Source of the DNA: Ruminococcus sp. UBA4240
Lineage (GTDB): Bacteria; Bacillota; Clostridia; Oscillospirales; Ruminococcaceae
DNA length: 64,000 bases
Assembly (NCBI GenBank): GCA_002395525.1
Contig: DGXE01000024.1
Location: forward strand, 18,692-82,691
Direction: 5' to 3'
In this document: positions 19,767 through 29,294 of the stretch, one piece after another
Layout: each line of letters opens with the position of its first letter
How positions within the stretch are numbered: the first letter of the stretch is position 1
Made by a program: the position numbers and the translations under genes
Notes under the pieces: generated by a model
What the model was told of the DNA's origin: nothing
The model's input: the letters and a program-made list of their open reading frames with translations, nothing else
The model's database searches: none

Positions 19767-19849
19767 ACTCTCCTCCTTTTCTCCGCTTAAAACGAATCTC
19801 TGCCGCATACAAAGCCGCAGAAGCTGACCGGCCGGCGCAGGCTCCCTTT

Positions 19850-20707
19850 CTACTGTCTCCCTGCCACGATCTCGGTTATCTCCTGAGTGATGGCTGCCTG
19901 ACGGGCACGGTTGTAGTCGAGGGAGAGGGTGTTTATCATTTCCTGTGCATTGTCGGAGGCATTCTCCATGGAATTGCGCCTTGCCGCCTGCTCGGAGGCA
20001 AAGGACTCCAGCACCGCACAGAACACCATCCCCGTAAGGTAGTGTACCACGATGTTGTCAAACACCACCCCTGCGGAGGGCTCGTATATGGGGATGTTCT
20101 TTGAGGGCAGCTCATTGTCTTTGGGTATATTCACAGGCAGCAGCCCCATAGTGGTGGCTGTCTGTGTCAGGGGAGACACGAACTGGGTGTAGAAAAGCTC
20201 CACACTGCGGTACTGCCCTCTTGTATAGGCAGTAACTATGTCCTCTGCGATGAACTGGGCGTGATGCACCCCCAAAGTGTCGCCGATGCCTGCGTATTCG
20301 GACTTCATGGTGCAGCCCCTGCGGTTGAAGTGCTCCACAGCCTTGCGGCCGAATGCCATTATCTCCACATTCTCCATGCCGCCGCATTCCTCGGCTCTTG
20401 CATGGACCAGCTTGAATACAGAGTTGTTGAAGCCCCCTGCAAGCCCTCTGTCCCCTGCTATTACCACGAACAGGTATTTACCATCATCCTTTGCTTTGGT
20501 AAAGGGGGAGAGAAAGCCGGGATTTTCCGCCTGTATCTCGCACATGGTGAGGTACAGCTCGGTGAAATAGGGCTGGGCGTTGTCCGCCCTTTCCTTTGCC
20601 CGCCGCAGCTTGGAGGATGCCACAAGCTCCATGGCCTTTGTTATCTGCATTGTGGATTCGACGCTCTTTATCCTGCGCCGTATGTCCTTCATATTGCCCG
20701 ATGCCAT
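19850..20707 (-). CDS. atpG: F1 ATP synthase gamma subunit
   Basis: 285 aa, MKDIRRRIKSVESTMQITKAMELVASSKLRRA and C-terminal ITQEITEIVAG. Confidence 0.95.
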   Translation of the reverse strand: MASGNMKDIRRRIKSVESTMQITKAMELVASSKLRRAKERADNAQPYFTELYLTMCEIQAENPGFLSPFTKAKDDGKYLFVVIAGDRGLAGGFNNSVFKLVHARAEECGGMENVEIMAFGRKAVEHFNRRGCTMKSEYAGIGDTLGVHHAQFIAEDIVTAYTRGQYRSVELFYTQFVSPLTQTATTMGLLPVNIPKDNELPSKNIPIYEPSAGVVFDNIVVHYLTGMVFCAVLESFASEQAARRNSMENASDNAQEMINTLSLDYNRARQAAITQEITEIVAGRQ

Positions 20708-20748
20708 TACTGCTCCTTATGGGTCGTCATCCCTGCTATGGTACAGGG

Positions 20749-22257
20749 TCACTTTATAAAGCTCTCGGTGTACTCGTCTATTGCGCCTGACAGCGCCTTG
20801 TCCGTCTCCTCCGAGAGGGGCTTGCCGGTGCGTATCTCGGCGAGTATGTCCGAGTGGTTGTTGTCAAGATATGCATACAGCCCTGTCTCGTACTCACGCA
20901 CCCTGTCCACGGGCACGTTTTTCAGCCGTCCGTGTGTGACCGCATAGATGATAGCCACCTGATGGGCAACATCAACAGGGGAGTTCTTGTCCTGCTTTAA
21001 TACCTCCACAACACGCTCACCTAAGGCAAGCCTGTCCTTGGTGTCCTTGTCGAGGTCGGAGCCGAACTGTGAAAAGCTCTGCAGCTCCCTGTACTGGGAG
21101 TAGGTGAGCTTTAATGTGCCCGATACCTTCTTCATGGGCTTTATCTGGGCAGAGCCGCCCACACGGGAAACGGATATGCCCGGGTTTACGGCAGGGCGCA
21201 CACCGGAGTTGAACAGATCCGTTTCAAGGAAGATCTGCCCGTCGGTGATGGATATTACATTTGTGGGAATGTATGCGGATACATCTCCCGCCTGTGTCTC
21301 TATGATGGGCAAAGCGGTTATGGAGCCGCCGCCGTACTCCTCGCTGAGGGAGCAGGCTCTTTCAAGCAGCCTTGAATGGAGATAGAACACATCTCCGGGA
21401 TATGCCTCTCTTCCGGGCGGCCTTTTGAGCAGCAAAGAAAGTGTGCGGTATGCCACAGCGTGCTTGGACAGGTCGTCGTATACGCACAGCACATCCTTCC
21501 CCTGATGGAGGAAGTACTCAGCCATTGCCACGCCTGTGTAGGGGGCTATGTACTGGAGGGGTGCCAGCTCCGATGCGGATGCGGATACGACTATGGTGTA
21601 GTGCAGGGCATCGTTCTTTGCAAGGGTGTCCACCACGTTTGCCACGGTAGAACGCTTCTGCCCTATGGCTACATATACGCAGATGACATTTTCCTTTTTC
21701 TGGTTGATGATGGTATCAAGGGCGATGGTGGTCTTTCCCGTCTGCCTGTCGCCGATGATGAGCTCACGCTGACCTCTGCCCACGGGTATCATGGAGTCTA
21801 TGGCCTTGATACCTGTCTGTAAGGGGCGTGATACGGATTTCCTTGCGATTATGCCATAGGCGGGCTGCTCTATGGGCAGCTTTTCGGTGGTGTCTATGGG
21901 GCCTTTGCCGTCGATGGGCTGACCCAGGGGGTTCACAACTCTCCCCAGGAGAGCCTCTCCCACAGGGACAGACACAACGCTGCCTGTGCGGCGCACGGTG
22001 TCCCCCTCCTTGACAGCTGCGTCAGAGCCTAACATAACAGCCCCCACGGTGTCCTCGTCAAGGTTCATTGCCATGGCGGACACACCGTTGTCAAGCTGCA
22101 GAAGCTCTCCCGACATACAGTTGTCAAGGCCGTATATGGTGCATATGCCGTCTCCCACAGTGATGACTGTGCCGGTGTCGTGGTGCTCTATACCGCTGCG
22201 GAAGGAGCGTATCTGGTTTTTGATTATTCCGGTTATCTCATCCGGACGAAGTTCCAT
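20749..22257 (-). CDS. atpA: F1 ATP synthase alpha subunit
   Basis: 502 aa, Walker [16 protein letters not shown], typical alpha N-terminus. Confidence 0.97.
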   Translation of the reverse strand: MELRPDEITGIIKNQIRSFRSGIEHHDTGTVITVGDGICTIYGLDNCMSGELLQLDNGVSAMAMNLDEDTVGAVMLGSDAAVKEGDTVRRTGSVVSVPVGEALLGRVVNPLGQPIDGKGPIDTTEKLPIEQPAYGIIARKSVSRPLQTGIKAIDSMIPVGRGQRELIIGDRQTGKTTIALDTIINQKKENVICVYVAIGQKRSTVANVVDTLAKNDALHYTIVVSASASELAPLQYIAPYTGVAMAEYFLHQGKDVLCVYDDLSKHAVAYRTLSLLLKRPPGREAYPGDVFYLHSRLLERACSLSEEYGGGSITALPIIETQAGDVSAYIPTNVISITDGQIFLETDLFNSGVRPAVNPGISVSRVGGSAQIKPMKKVSGTLKLTYSQYRELQSFSQFGSDLDKDTKDRLALGERVVEVLKQDKNSPVDVAHQVAIIYAVTHGRLKNVPVDRVREYETGLYAYLDNNHSDILAEIRTGKPLSEETDKALSGAIDEYTESFIK

Positions 22258-22304
22258 TTGATCATCCCTTTACTAAGATGTTGGACAGCTGATAAACGGC
22301 TGAC

Positions 22305-22505
22305 TTAATCAGTGTATCTTTCAAGGTGTTCCCAGTCTATGTCGTCTGCATCGTAATACTCGCCGCTCATGGCTTTTTCAAGCTCCTTGGATTCTGCGGG
22401 TGTGAGCTTGGTGTAGTCAGGATCCCACGCAAGCACTATACGCCGGAGCATTTCGGATGTCGCAGCTTTCTGCGTGCTGCCTTTTTGCATACCTGGTCGT
22501 TTCAC
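22305..22505 (-). CDS. 66-aa hypothetical protein embedded between atpH and atpA
   Basis: The ORF overlaps the atpH stop by 4 nt. It has a basic N-terminus and a very acidic C-terminus (YYDADDIDWEHLERYTD). No family was recognised. Confidence 0.4.
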   Translation of the reverse strand: MKRPGMQKGSTQKAATSEMLRRIVLAWDPDYTKLTPAESKELEKAMSGEYYDADDIDWEHLERYTD

Positions 22506-23044
22506 ACTATTATCCTGTCCTCTATCTGCTGCTTCATTGATGCAAGGCGTGTCCTTACAGAGCCGTCAAGGAGCTCGTCCCCGATCTTGACGACAACACC
22601 GCCTATTATGGCAGGGTCTACCTTCTCGGTGATGATGAGCCGCTTGCTGTACTTTTTTTCCAACTTTTCCTTCAGGGCGGCACGTTCCTTTGCCCCAAGG
22701 GGCACGGCAGTGGTGACCGCCGCCTCGGCTATGCCCGCCCTTTCGTAGTAGCCCTTGCGGTATTCACGGGCAATGGGGGCAAATCTGCCTATCCTGCCCT
22801 TTACCGCCAGCAGGCACATAAAGTCAAGCACCGTGTCTGTCACACGTCCCCCGAACACGCTCGAAAGCAGTCCGGTCTTCTCTGTGTCTGCCACGTCCGG
22901 GGCGCAGAGTATGTCCATAAATTCCGGGTTATCCCCTAATATGGCGGCTATCTGGGAAAGCTCCCCGTCTATCTCGGGGGCATTGCCGTCTTCATATGCT
23001 ATCTCAAGGAGTGCGGCTGCATAGGTCTTTTCTACTGCTCCCAT
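22502..23044 (-). CDS. atpH: F1 ATP synthase delta (OSCP) subunit
   Basis: 180 aa, YAAALLEIA N-terminus and C-terminal IIGGVVVKIGDELLDGSVRTRL. Confidence 0.9.
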   Translation of the reverse strand: MGAVEKTYAAALLEIAYEDGNAPEIDGELSQIAAILGDNPEFMDILCAPDVADTEKTGLLSSVFGGRVTDTVLDFMCLLAVKGRIGRFAPIAREYRKGYYERAGIAEAAVTTAVPLGAKERAALKEKLEKKYSKRLIITEKVDPAIIGGVVVKIGDELLDGSVRTRLASMKQQIEDRIIV

Positions 23045-23055
23045 AGGGCGCCTCC

Positions 23056-23568
23056 TTAATTGCTGCTGTCATCAAGCTCATTCAGAAAGTCGTGTATGAG
23101 CCTTTCCTGCTCGGTGTCGCTGCTTACCTGGTGACCTATTACCTTGCCTGCGATGTCAAGCGCAAGGTCGGAGATCTCGTCCTTGACGGAGTTGACAGCC
23201 CGCACACGCTCCCGCTCGATGTCCTCATCGGCTCTCTGGCGAATCAAAGCAGCCTGCTGCCTTGCCTCGGTGATTATCTCGTCGGAGCGGGCGGATGCCT
23301 TGCGGGAAGCCTCGGCGATCATGGCGGCGGATTCTTCCTTTGCGCCTGCTATGCGCTGGGAATACTCCTCCCGCATCTCCTTGGCCTCGGACAGAGCCTT
23401 GTCCGCATCAAGATAGGTCTGGGTGACGGATCTTTTTCTCTCGTCAAGTATTTTGTTCACAGGTTCAAAAAGGAATTTCTTAAACAGCAGCACGAGTATG
23501 AGGGTATTGCACAGAACACCGATTATGGTGGTGGGCTCTATGCTGAAAAATTCAAAATTCATATCCAT
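23056..23568 (-). CDS. atpF: Fo ATP synthase b subunit
   Basis: 170 aa, a single N-terminal TM segment followed by a long charged helix, canonical operon position. Confidence 0.85.
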   Translation of the reverse strand: MDMNFEFFSIEPTTIIGVLCNTLILVLLFKKFLFEPVNKILDERKRSVTQTYLDADKALSEAKEMREEYSQRIAGAKEESAAMIAEASRKASARSDEIITEARQQAALIRQRADEDIERERVRAVNSVKDEISDLALDIAGKVIGHQVSSDTEQERLIHDFLNELDDSSN

Positions 23569-23584
23569 GCGGTCTTACTTCCTA

Positions 23585-23926
<342 letters not shown>

Positions 23927-24694
23927 TTATTCCTTTCCCGCTGCCTGCCCTATGTAGGTCATGGAGAGCATGATGAAAACATATGACTGTATGACAGAGG
24001 AGAAAAGATCAAAGTAAATGGAGAGGGCTGCGGGAATGCCTATCTGGAACACCTTGAAGTAGTCCGTAATGACCGATGATGTGCCGATAAGGTTGTACAC
24101 CGCATTGGATGCCACCGTCAGCGCCGCATATACCATGGATGTGATTATCATGCCGCTGGATATGTTGCCGAAGATACGTATGCCCATGGCTGCGGGAGTG
24201 GCTACCTCACTGAGTACGTTTATTGGGGTGATGACGGGTGTAGGCTCGGCATAGCTTTTCAGATAGCCGAAGAACCCGTTGGTGCGTATCTTGTAGAATG
24301 TGATGAGAAACAGTGTCATAGCCGCCCATGTGCCCGTGCAGGAGATGTCCGCAGTCATGCTGCGAAGCCCCGTCATGCTTATAAGGGAGCCGAAGAGGGC
24401 AAAGGCGAATATGGCGCATATGTAGGGGGCAAAGCCCAGCATGGTAGTGCCCATGTTCTCCGCCACAAGGTTGTTGAAGAACTCCACTATCCACTCCGCA
24501 ATGACCTGCCGCTTGGATTCGGGCTTCAGCTTCAGGTTGTGGGTGAGCACCTTCATGGCGATGAACAGGAGTATTATGACCAGCCACCCTGTCACCACCG
24601 TCTCGGATATGGAAAACAGCACCTCTCCCCCGGAGAGGAAGCTTATCATCCGACGTGGTCCCTCCACATTGATCTGTATTTCGGTATTGTACAT
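23927..24694 (-). CDS. atpB: Fo ATP synthase a subunit
   Basis: 255 aa polytopic protein with the conserved Arg region (MGIRIFGNISSG). Confidence 0.9.
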   Translation of the reverse strand: MYNTEIQINVEGPRRMISFLSGGEVLFSISETVVTGWLVIILLFIAMKVLTHNLKLKPESKRQVIAEWIVEFFNNLVAENMGTTMLGFAPYICAIFAFALFGSLISMTGLRSMTADISCTGTWAAMTLFLITFYKIRTNGFFGYLKSYAEPTPVITPINVLSEVATPAAMGIRIFGNISSGMIITSMVYAALTVASNAVYNLIGTSSVITDYFKVFQIGIPAALSIYFDLFSSVIQSYVFIMLSMTYIGQAAGKE

Positions 24695-24712
24695 AGTAAT
24701 CCTCTTTGCTGT

Positions 24713-25111
24713 CTACTTTTTCATCCTGTGCCCAAACTCGTCCCTTATGCCCAGAAGGGTGTAGCCCGCCTTCGGGAAAAGCAGGGGGATAAAGGTACAG
24801 GGGAAGTTTATAAAGCTGACATTATAGCCTATCCACAGCACGCCCCCCATAATGAGGAGCCGCAGAAGATAGAACATGAGCATATAGCGCCTGCCGCCCT
24901 TTTCGCCCTTGTCCACGGCGTGAACGGTCGCCCATCCCAGAAGGAGCATATTCACAAGGCTCCCCAGTATCCCAAGGGCAAGCCCCAGGGGGACTTCGGG
25001 GGTAAAGCCGTAAAAGGGCAGTGTAAGCAGGAATGTGATGACAGCACCTGCCAGAGTGCATTTCAGCAGGAATGGGAGCTGTTCGCCCATAAGTCTTTTG
25101 AACTGCTCCAT
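24713..25111 (-). CDS. atpI: AtpI-like small membrane protein
   Basis: Four hydrophobic segments, first gene of the atp cluster. The start at 25111 (MEQFKRL, GGAGAGAG RBS) is preferred because the promoter -10 box lies only 7 nt upstream of the track start at 25150. Confidence 0.55.
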   Translation of the reverse strand: MEQFKRLMGEQLPFLLKCTLAGAVITFLLTLPFYGFTPEVPLGLALGILGSLVNMLLLGWATVHAVDKGEKGGRRYMLMFYLLRLLIMGGVLWIGYNVSFINFPCTFIPLLFPKAGYTLLGIRDEFGHRMKK

Positions 25112-25156
25112 ATCTCTCTCCGATCTGCCGTCTGGTTTTCGCTGTATCAAATAATC

Positions 25157-25185
25157 ATTATAACAAATCCAACCTTAAATTTCAA
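25157..25185 (-). promoter_or_regulatory. sigma-A type promoter of the atp operon
   Basis: The minus strand reads TTGAAA (25185-25180), 17-nt spacer, TATAAT (25162-25157). Confidence 0.6.
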
Positions 25186-25241
25186 TAGGTTTATTAAATT
25201 TTAATATAAACACTCTGTAAACAAGCGGGTCACAGGCTGCA

Positions 25242-25907
25242 TCATCTGACCACGATCACGGTGGTCAGGTAGTCTCCCTCATCCGGGAGATCCTCCGCAC
25301 GGGTGTATACCTCCTCCTCGTCGGCAGAGCAGCGGGATACTGCCATGAACTTCCTCCCACGCAGCAGGTTTTTCACACGCTTCATATCGTGTATCTTCAT
25401 GATGACACTGGTGTCGCACATGGAGTACAGCTCATCAAAGTGAGGGGTGTCCTCCGGCAGCAGCACAGCCGCCCCGTTCCCCTTTGCCAGGGCACGGCGC
25501 TCCTCGGCAGCCACTGCTGATATGCTTGATACCCCCGGTATCCAGATGCAGTTGTAGCCCGCATCTATAAGCAGCTCTGTGAGCACTGCGGCAGGGGAGT
25601 ACAGTGCCGCATCCCCCAGGACGGGCATCGCCGCATTTCTCCCCTCGTCAAGTATATCCATGACAGCGGCGGCGGCTCTGGTTGCCCGCACGCTGTCAGT
25701 GCTGTCGTCAGAGGATATGTCCGCCCTGATGATGCTCTTTCCCGAGAGCCTTGCCCCCGCAAGGGCGGTGTCAAGGGCGGCAGTCTTTCCCTCACGGTTT
25801 ACCGCACCTATTATGGCATCAGCCCCCTCAAGGGTATTTACAGCCTTTACGGTCATAAGCTCCGGATCTCCCGGCCCTACGCTTACACAATAGAATATAC
25901 CTTTCAT
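25242..25907 (-). CDS. tetrapyrrole (precorrin-2 C20 / cobalt-factor II) methyltransferase family, CbiL/CobI-like
   Basis: MKGIFYCVSVGPGDPELMTVKAVNTLEGADAI is the TP_methylase N-terminal signature. There is an alternative upstream start at 25976. Confidence 0.65.
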   Translation of the reverse strand: MKGIFYCVSVGPGDPELMTVKAVNTLEGADAIIGAVNREGKTAALDTALAGARLSGKSIIRADISSDDSTDSVRATRAAAAVMDILDEGRNAAMPVLGDAALYSPAAVLTELLIDAGYNCIWIPGVSSISAVAAEERRALAKGNGAAVLLPEDTPHFDELYSMCDTSVIMKIHDMKRVKNLLRGRKFMAVSRCSADEEEVYTRAEDLPDEGDYLTTVIVVR

Positions 25908-26052
25908 ATCAAACACCCCTTTAGTAGTTATCAGATGTCGGAAAGAGTCACGGTCAACGCTTTTATACATAGTCATAACCTAAAAAAGATCAACAAAACT
26001 ACTTGACAATCGGTAATATGTTGTGCTTTCGGGTGAAACAGGAGGTGCTACA

Positions 26053-26195
26053 ATGGCTTACACGAAATCTGGCGAGTTTATGCGCAAATTGAGGGTAAAA
26101 CATAACGAGGTGATGGGCGATGCCGCCAAGCTGCTCAGTGTTTCCACACCATTTCTTTCTGCTGTTGAGAACGGAAAAAAGGACGTTTGCGTAAG
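26053..26195 (+). pseudogene. XRE-type HTH gene, apparently truncated or fused into the antisense of ispE
   Basis: A strong AGGAGG RBS precedes MAYTKSGEFMRKLRVKHNEVMGDAAKLLSVSTPFLSAVENGKK, which is a clear HTH. After that the frame runs without a stop to 26520, across the 3' end of ispE, in sequence that looks non-protein-like. Confidence 0.3.
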
Positions 26196-26237
26196 ACAGT
26201 TTACGAAAGGCGGGGTGATTCCCATGGACAATACCTG

Positions 26238-27044
26238 TCAATCACTTCTCAGCCTGCACTCGCTCACAAAGTACCCCTTTTCCTCCAGAGCCTTTGCTGC
26301 GGCGGACATCAGGGCGGTGTCTTCGTATATGCCGAAGACGGCAGAGCCGCTGCCCGTCATCATGGCGTGGTCTGCTCCGCTCCGGAGCATGAACTCACGG
26401 AGAAAGCCCACATCCGGCACATTTACCACCCTTTCAAAGACGTTGTACAGGGCAATGCCGTGGAACAGCTTCCCCTCCGTGCCACGGCTACGGGGCGGGA
26501 GAGCGTCGATAAGGGCATAGGCTCTTGCTGTGGAGATGCCCGCCGCTCCCTTTGCCACAAGGATATGCTCATCAAAGGCGGGCATAGGCTCTATTATCTC
26601 ACCGATGCCACGGCACACCGCACAGCCTCCGTAAATGCAGAAGGGTATGTCTGCTCCTATGTGCGCCCCTATATCCGCCAGCCCTGCCTTCCCCAGACCG
26701 GTGCCGTAAAGGGAGTCAAGGGCACAAAGCACGGCGGCGCCGTCGGTGCTGCCGCCTCCCAACCCCGCCTCCATGGGGATGTGCTTTTCTATATGGATAT
26801 GACAACCGCCTGCTGTGCCTGTTTTTTCAAAGAAGGCACGGGCGCATTTTATGCATATGTTGCGCCCGTCACGGGGCACATTTTCATTGTCGCAGGAAAG
26901 GGTGATGTCATGGGCTTTCTCCACCGTGACCACATCACACAGGCTGATGCTGTGCATTATGGTCTCAAGCTCGTGGTAGCCGTCAGCCCTCTTCCCTGTC
27001 ACGTCAAGGGTGAGATTTACCTTTGCATAGGCGTTTACGGTCAT
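26238..27044 (-). CDS. ispE: 4-diphosphocytidyl-2-C-methyl-D-erythritol kinase
   Basis: VNAYAKVNLTLDV, GYHELETIM and the GHMP motif PMEAGLGGGSTDGAAVL. The start at 27044 has an AGGAGG RBS. Confidence 0.9.
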   Translation of the reverse strand: MTVNAYAKVNLTLDVTGKRADGYHELETIMHSISLCDVVTVEKAHDITLSCDNENVPRDGRNICIKCARAFFEKTGTAGGCHIHIEKHIPMEAGLGGGSTDGAAVLCALDSLYGTGLGKAGLADIGAHIGADIPFCIYGGCAVCRGIGEIIEPMPAFDEHILVAKGAAGISTARAYALIDALPPRSRGTEGKLFHGIALYNVFERVVNVPDVGFLREFMLRSGADHAMMTGSGSAVFGIYEDTALMSAAAKALEEKGYFVSECRLRSD

Positions 27045-27054
27045 TTGCACCCTC

Positions 27055-27651
27055 CTAATTGATGTAGAACCCCGCAACGAAGCGGCTTTCAGGGCAAAGC
27101 TCCGCCAGCTCCCTTATGCGGTAGGTACGGCGGGCATTGTTGTACAGGTTGCACACGGTATAGCCGCCGTCCCTGTACTGCACTGCCACGTAGTGCATGG
27201 GGGATATGGGAAAGTCCTTTATGCGGTAGCACAGGATACACGCCCCCACCGCCCTTGATACGTTTTCAAAGTCCTTATAGTCCCTTGCCCTCATGCAGGG
27301 TATGCGCATTTTGTCAAGGCATTTCTCCAGCTTGTAGGGGTTCACGCCGAAGAGCCCTCCAAGCCACAGCCCGTACATCCGAAGCCCTAAGACTATGGCC
27401 TGCATATCGGGCTTGTGGCCTAAGAGGGTCATGGCATTGTATACAGCAATGGCCGCACAGCCATTGTTTGCCATGCGGCACAGACCCATTCTGTATGTGG
27501 ACACAGCACAGCGACCCTGTCCGTTGATAAGCACTCCCGGCTCAATGGGCAGAGCCTTTTCTATGGAAAGATTTCTCTCATGCTGCCTTCTTGCTAAGGG
27601 CGATGCCTTTTGCAGCAGCTCATCCCGTGTTATCATAGGATCAGCCCACAA
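27055..27651 (-). CDS. hypothetical protein, possibly a papain-fold (C39/BtrH-like) cysteine peptidase
   Basis: 198 aa. The candidate catalytic Cys lies in ANNGCAAIAVYNAM and a downstream His in SPMHYVAV. This assignment is weak. Confidence 0.35.
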   Translation of the reverse strand: MWADPMITRDELLQKASPLARRQHERNLSIEKALPIEPGVLINGQGRCAVSTYRMGLCRMANNGCAAIAVYNAMTLLGHKPDMQAIVLGLRMYGLWLGGLFGVNPYKLEKCLDKMRIPCMRARDYKDFENVSRAVGACILCYRIKDFPISPMHYVAVQYRDGGYTVCNLYNNARRTYRIRELAELCPESRFVAGFYIN

Positions 27652-28801
27652 ATTCCTTTATTCGCTGTACCGCTGTTTTGATATGGGCTATGGAGTATGC
27701 GTAGGAAATGCGGATATAGCCCTCTCCGCATTCGCCGAAGGCATTCCCGGGCACCACCGCAACGCTGTGCTCGTACAGAAGCTTTTCGCAGAACTCCTCG
27801 CTTGACAGCCCCGTTGACTTTATGGAGGGGAACACGTAGAATGCCCCCTGGGGCTCAAAGCAGTCAAGCCCTATGGAATTAAGGGCGTTCACAAGATAGC
27901 GCCTGCGCTGATCGTACTCACGGCGCATCTTCTCCACGTCCGCATCGCACTCTTCAAGTGCCTCGATGGCGGCATACTGGGATATAGTGGGGGAGGACAT
28001 TATGCCGTACTGGTGTATTTTCAGCATCTGCTTCACAAGGGGCTGGGGAGCACAGATATACCCAAGTCTCCACCCCGTCATGGAATATGCCTTTGAAAAG
28101 CCGTTTACATATATGGTGCGCTCCCTCATGCCGGGCAGCTGTATTATGGAGAAGTGCTTTATGCCGTAGGTAAGGGCGGAGTATATCTCATCAGTGAGGA
28201 CAAGTATATCCGTGCCACGGAGCACCTCTGCAACTGCTTCAAGGTCTTCCCTTTCCATAACAGCCCCTGTGGGATTGTTGGGGAAGGGGAGGATCAGCAC
28301 CTTTGTCTTGGGTGTGATGGCGGCTTTAAGCTGCTCTGCCGTGAGCCTGAACCTGTCCTGGGCCCTTGTGGTTATGGGCACGGGCACGCCGCCGCACAGG
28401 GATACTATTGGTGAATAGCATACAAAGCAGGGCTCCACCACAAGCACCTCGTCACCCGGGTCGATAAGGGATCTTATGGCAATGTCTATGCCCTCGGAGC
28501 CCCCTACGGTGACGATTATCTCGCTGTCCGGGTCATAGTGGACACCGGTGTCCCGTTCGGTCTTGGCGGAGATGGCTCGGCGAAGCTCTGAAAGTCCCGA
28601 ATTTGCGGTGTACTTGGTCTTTCCCTTTTCAAGGGCGGTAATGGCGGCATGGCGCACATTCCAAGGGGTCTGGAAATCAGGCTCCCCCACACCCAGAGAG
28701 ATGACCCCCTCCATTGCGTTGGCAAGGTCAAAGAACTTGCGTATGCCGGAGGGCTTCATTTCACGGCATTTTTTCGCTATCAGCTTATCATAGTCTATCA
28801 T
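27641..28801 (-). CDS. class I/II PLP-dependent aminotransferase
   Basis: 386 aa, PFPNNPTG, PLP-lysine motif SKAYSMTGWRLGY, RISY near the C-terminus. Confidence 0.85.
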   Translation of the reverse strand: MIDYDKLIAKKCREMKPSGIRKFFDLANAMEGVISLGVGEPDFQTPWNVRHAAITALEKGKTKYTANSGLSELRRAISAKTERDTGVHYDPDSEIIVTVGGSEGIDIAIRSLIDPGDEVLVVEPCFVCYSPIVSLCGGVPVPITTRAQDRFRLTAEQLKAAITPKTKVLILPFPNNPTGAVMEREDLEAVAEVLRGTDILVLTDEIYSALTYGIKHFSIIQLPGMRERTIYVNGFSKAYSMTGWRLGYICAPQPLVKQMLKIHQYGIMSSPTISQYAAIEALEECDADVEKMRREYDQRRRYLVNALNSIGLDCFEPQGAFYVFPSIKSTGLSSEEFCEKLLYEHSVAVVPGNAFGECGEGYIRISYAYSIAHIKTAVQRIKEFVG

Positions 28802-29277
28802 GGGGAGACCATACCCCTTTCATCTGCGGATTCATCCTCCATAAACAGCCCCGACTCCTTGAAGCGCTTGAGCACAAAGTGTGTCTTGGTGGCGACCACG
28901 CCTTCCAGTGTGGACAGACGCCTTGCCACGAACAGGGCTATCTCCTTGTAGTCCGAGCCGGAAAGGGTCACGGCAAGGTCAAAGGAGCCTGACATGAGGG
29001 TCACGCTGTCCACCTCATCAAAGCGCATGATGGTGCGGGCGATGTCATCAAAGCCGAAGTCGGCCTTGGGGGTGACATTCACCTCGATAAATGCGGTGAC
29101 TGCGTTCTTGTCGGCAAGCTCGTCGTTTATAACGGCGGTGTAGCCCTTGATTATCCCCGCCTTTTCGTAGGCGGCGATCTTGTCGGCTACCTCCTTGCCG
29201 GTCATGCCGGTCATTACGCCCAGTTCCTCGTTGGAAAGGCGGGCGTTTGATTTTAAAAGCTCCAGTAATGCATCCAT
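28798..29277 (-). CDS. Lrp/AsnC family transcriptional regulator
   Basis: 159 aa with an N-terminal HTH (LLELLKSNARLSNEELGVMTGMT) and an AsnC-type ligand domain. Overlaps the aminotransferase gene by 4 nt. Confidence 0.8.
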   Translation of the reverse strand: MDALLELLKSNARLSNEELGVMTGMTGKEVADKIAAYEKAGIIKGYTAVINDELADKNAVTAFIEVNVTPKADFGFDDIARTIMRFDEVDSVTLMSGSFDLAVTLSGSDYKEIALFVARRLSTLEGVVATKTHFVLKRFKESGLFMEDESADERGMVSP

Positions 29278-29294
29278 AATATACCTTCTTTCGA

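Noticed and set aside
26187-27062. 291-aa plus-strand ORF
   Set aside because: It is antisense to ispE, which has the GHMP kinase motif and a strong RBS.
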